Positions 46,706 through 49,193 of a stretch of 49,193 nt of DNA are shown piece after piece. The stretch is taken from assembly GCA_010015585.1 (NCBI GenBank), contig ML975187.1; one strand, written 5' to 3'. Under the pieces are notes generated by a model. The model made no database searches. It had not been told where the DNA came from and saw only the letters and a program-made list of their open reading frames with translations. Each line of letters starts with the position of its first letter. The stretch's first letter is position 1. Source of the stretch: Eremomyces bilateralis CBS 781.70 (Eukaryota). The position numbers and the translations under genes are program-made.

Positions 46706-49193
46706 ATGGATCCTCTCAGCATCACTGCGAGCATCATTGCTATTCTGCAGCTCACGAGCAAGGTGATCGAGTATCTAGGTGATGTCAAAGATGCCCCCAA
46801 AGAGCGTGCCCGTCTGGTCACCGAAGCCTCACACATTAACGGCCTCTTGTTGGATTTGGCGTCCCATCTCGCTGAAGGACACTTAAAAGAACTCTGGTAC
46901 AATACGATCAAGTCGCTAGCTGCTCCAAATGGCGCACTTGATCAGTATAAGGCCGATCTGGAAAAATTTCAGCGTAAGGTTGTTGCCAGCGGAGCAGGGA
47001 AGGTCATGCATTCACTCGTTTGGAAATTCAACAAAGCAGAAGTCGATGGCATGCTCTCAAGGATGGAACGGCTGAAAAGCCTCATCCTGATTGCCCTGGG
47101 GATGGACCACCAGTAAGGCCATCTACCCACGTTCTTTACAGAAATTCGTTCGCCTGACATATCTTAGCAAACTATCTCAAGCCATGAACAACGATATCAA
47201 AGACATCAATACACAAGTTCACGCAGTTCGACACAGCCAACAACATCAACGTCATCAAACCATCGCTGGATGGATATCTCCCTCTGACTTCCCCGCCCAG
47301 CAGTCAGACTTCATAGGCAGAATTGAAGAGGGCACTGGTCAGTGGTTCCTTGATTCAAGCGAGTATGCAACCTGGCTGCGTACACCGAAGTCTACGTTGT
47401 TCTGTCCGGGTATCCCAGGCGCCGGCAAGACCATGCTAGCGGCGATCACGATCGACCGTCTTTCACGGACCGAAGCCAGCGACGACATCGGATTAGCTTA
47501 CATCTACTGTAACTACAAATCAGAGGCGAGTGTTGATGTCTCAGCCTTATTAGCTGCCCTTCTCCAACAACTCGTCCAGTCACGGCCTACTATCGATGAA
47601 CCGATCTCAAGTCTATACGAGAAGCATACCCGTCGTGGTACCAGGCCATCTCTCCAGGAGATATCTACAGCTCTGCAGGTAACGCTAAAGAATTTTTCCA
47701 GCGTTTATATTGTTGTCGACGCGCTGGACGAGTGTCCAAATAAAGATGGCACGCGCAACCATCTCCTTACCAAACTTAAGGATACTCAACAAGAAGCAGA
47801 TTTGCGGCTTATGGTTACATCTCGCTTTATCCCAGATATAGAAGCGAAGCTCGAGTCGACACCAATACTAGAAATTCGAGCAAGAGGTGCCGATGTGAAA
47901 CGATTCGTCAGAGGCCAGATATGCCGACTACCCAACTGCATTCAGCGCGACCATCAATTGCAGAGTATCGTAGAGGACAAGGTTATAGAAGCAGTAGACG
48001 GCATGTAAGTGAATTGATTATCTTACCGAGCACCCATGCTTATAACCTTGTAAGGTTCCTTCTTGCTCGTCTACATGTAGATTCGCTTCTCGACAAGCGA
48101 ACTAGAGCCAAGGTACAAGCTACGCTAAAAACTCTTCCTAGAGGCCCAGAAGCTCTTGGTGAGGCCTATAAGGACGGGGTCCAGAGGATAGGAACTCAGC
48201 TGCCTGAAGACACCGCGGTCGCAGTTACGGTTCTCTCTTGGATCACGTATGCCCAGCGTCTACTAACCGTGAACGAAGTCTGTCATGCTCTGGCAATCAA
48301 GAACGGTAATCGTGAACTGGACCGCGATAACATTCCGGACATTGACGATGTCATTTCTGTGTGTGCCGGCTTAGTCATCGTGGATAAGGAAAGCAACATC
48401 GTCCGCCTCGTTCACTATACCACGCAGGAATACTTTGAGCAGATCCGCGAGATATGGAACCCAACTGCTCAACAGGAGATTGCGTCTGCTTGTCTGACTT
48501 ACCTCTCGTTTCATGTATTTCGTGACGGCAGCTGTTCTAGCGACGACGATTTAGACAGTAGGCTAAAAGAGTATCCACTCTTAGACTATGCTGCTCGATA
48601 CTGGGGTTATCATATAAGGAGTGTTCAGGAAGGAGTATCAGAGGTAGCATACCGCTTCCTCCAGAACAACGGCTTCTTATCCTCCGCCACTCAAGCAGTG
48701 TCGATTCCCAAGTACCGGTATCCCGGATTTAGCCAAAGATTTCCAAAACATACCACCGGGTTGCACTTGTCGGCAAGGTTCGGGTTAGTCCAGCTATTGA
48801 TGATAGCGCTTCTTCATTCAGAATATAATATTGCAGCCAGACCCGACCTGAGCGACAGCTATGGCCGGACGCCGCTATCGTATGCGGCAAAGGGAGGACA
48901 CGAAACCGTAGTCCGGCTACTGGTCGAGCGGGACGACGTCGCGACGGGCTCGAAGGACAAGGACGGCCGGACGCCGCTGTCGTGGGCGGCAGAGCGAGGA
49001 TACGAAGCGATAGTCCAGCTACTGGTCGAGCAGAATGACGTCGCGGCGGACTCGAAGGACAAGGATGGCCGGACGCCGCTGTCGTGGGCGGCAGAGCAAG
49101 GATACGAAGGGATAGTCCGGCTGCTAGTCGATCGGGACGACGTCGCGGCCGACTTAAAGGATAGGCTCGGTCAGACGCCGCTATCGTGGGCGG
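46706..49193 (+). CDS. Fungal NLR: HeLo-like/SesA-type N-terminal helical domain, NACHT NTPase, winged helix, ankyrin repeats (3' truncated by window)
   Basis: MDPLSITASIIAILQL N-terminus; Walker A GIPGAGKT; Walker B YIVVDALDEC; GMFLLARL, RLVHYTTQEYF; GRTPLSWAA ankyrins; introns 47113-47167 and 48005-48054; frame open to the window end. Confidence 0.95.
48863..49193 (+). repeat. Tandem 102-bp (34-aa) ankyrin repeats with high internal nucleotide similarity
   Basis: G[RQ]TPLS codons recur at 48863, 48965, 49067 and 49169. Confidence 0.9.

Noticed and set aside
47168..47270. Q/H-rich linker in the NLR as a possible amyloid signalling motif
   Set aside because: It lies between the helical domain and NACHT, lacks the G/N-rich pseudo-repeat pattern of HRAM, PP or sigma motifs, and no matching motif is seen in the HET neighbour.

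Overview
Intron-containing genomic DNA from a filamentous ascomycete (Pezizomycotina), judged from short GT..AG introns with CTRAC/CTRAY branch sites and from the gene families present. About 17 protein-coding genes can be modelled by hand. Conserved genes sit mostly in the centre (9-42 kb): Ubp12/USP4-15-like deubiquitinase, a retropepsin-like protein, RMD1/Sif2, PIK1 PI4-kinase, an EthD-like protein, a hotdog thioesterase, an ACR-2-like Zn2Cys6 transcription factor and PPIL1 cyclophilin. Both ends carry accessory, immunity-like modules. Left: a head-to-head pair of a ~1290-aa PARP6/8/16-type ADP-ribosyltransferase and an uncharacterised protein with a degenerate U-box/RING-like segment and a terminal CxHK motif; this is the best candidate for an undescribed system. 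Right: a HET-domain gene head-to-head with a HeLo-like/NACHT/ankyrin NLR, with an LTR-like repeat and an assembly gap between them. Other points of interest are an AUG-less, NLS-bearing in-frame extension upstream of UBP12, an ARF-GTPase fused to three repeated domains, and an intronless bacterial-looking beta-lactamase-fold hydrolase. All calls come from manual motif recognition; no database searches were run.
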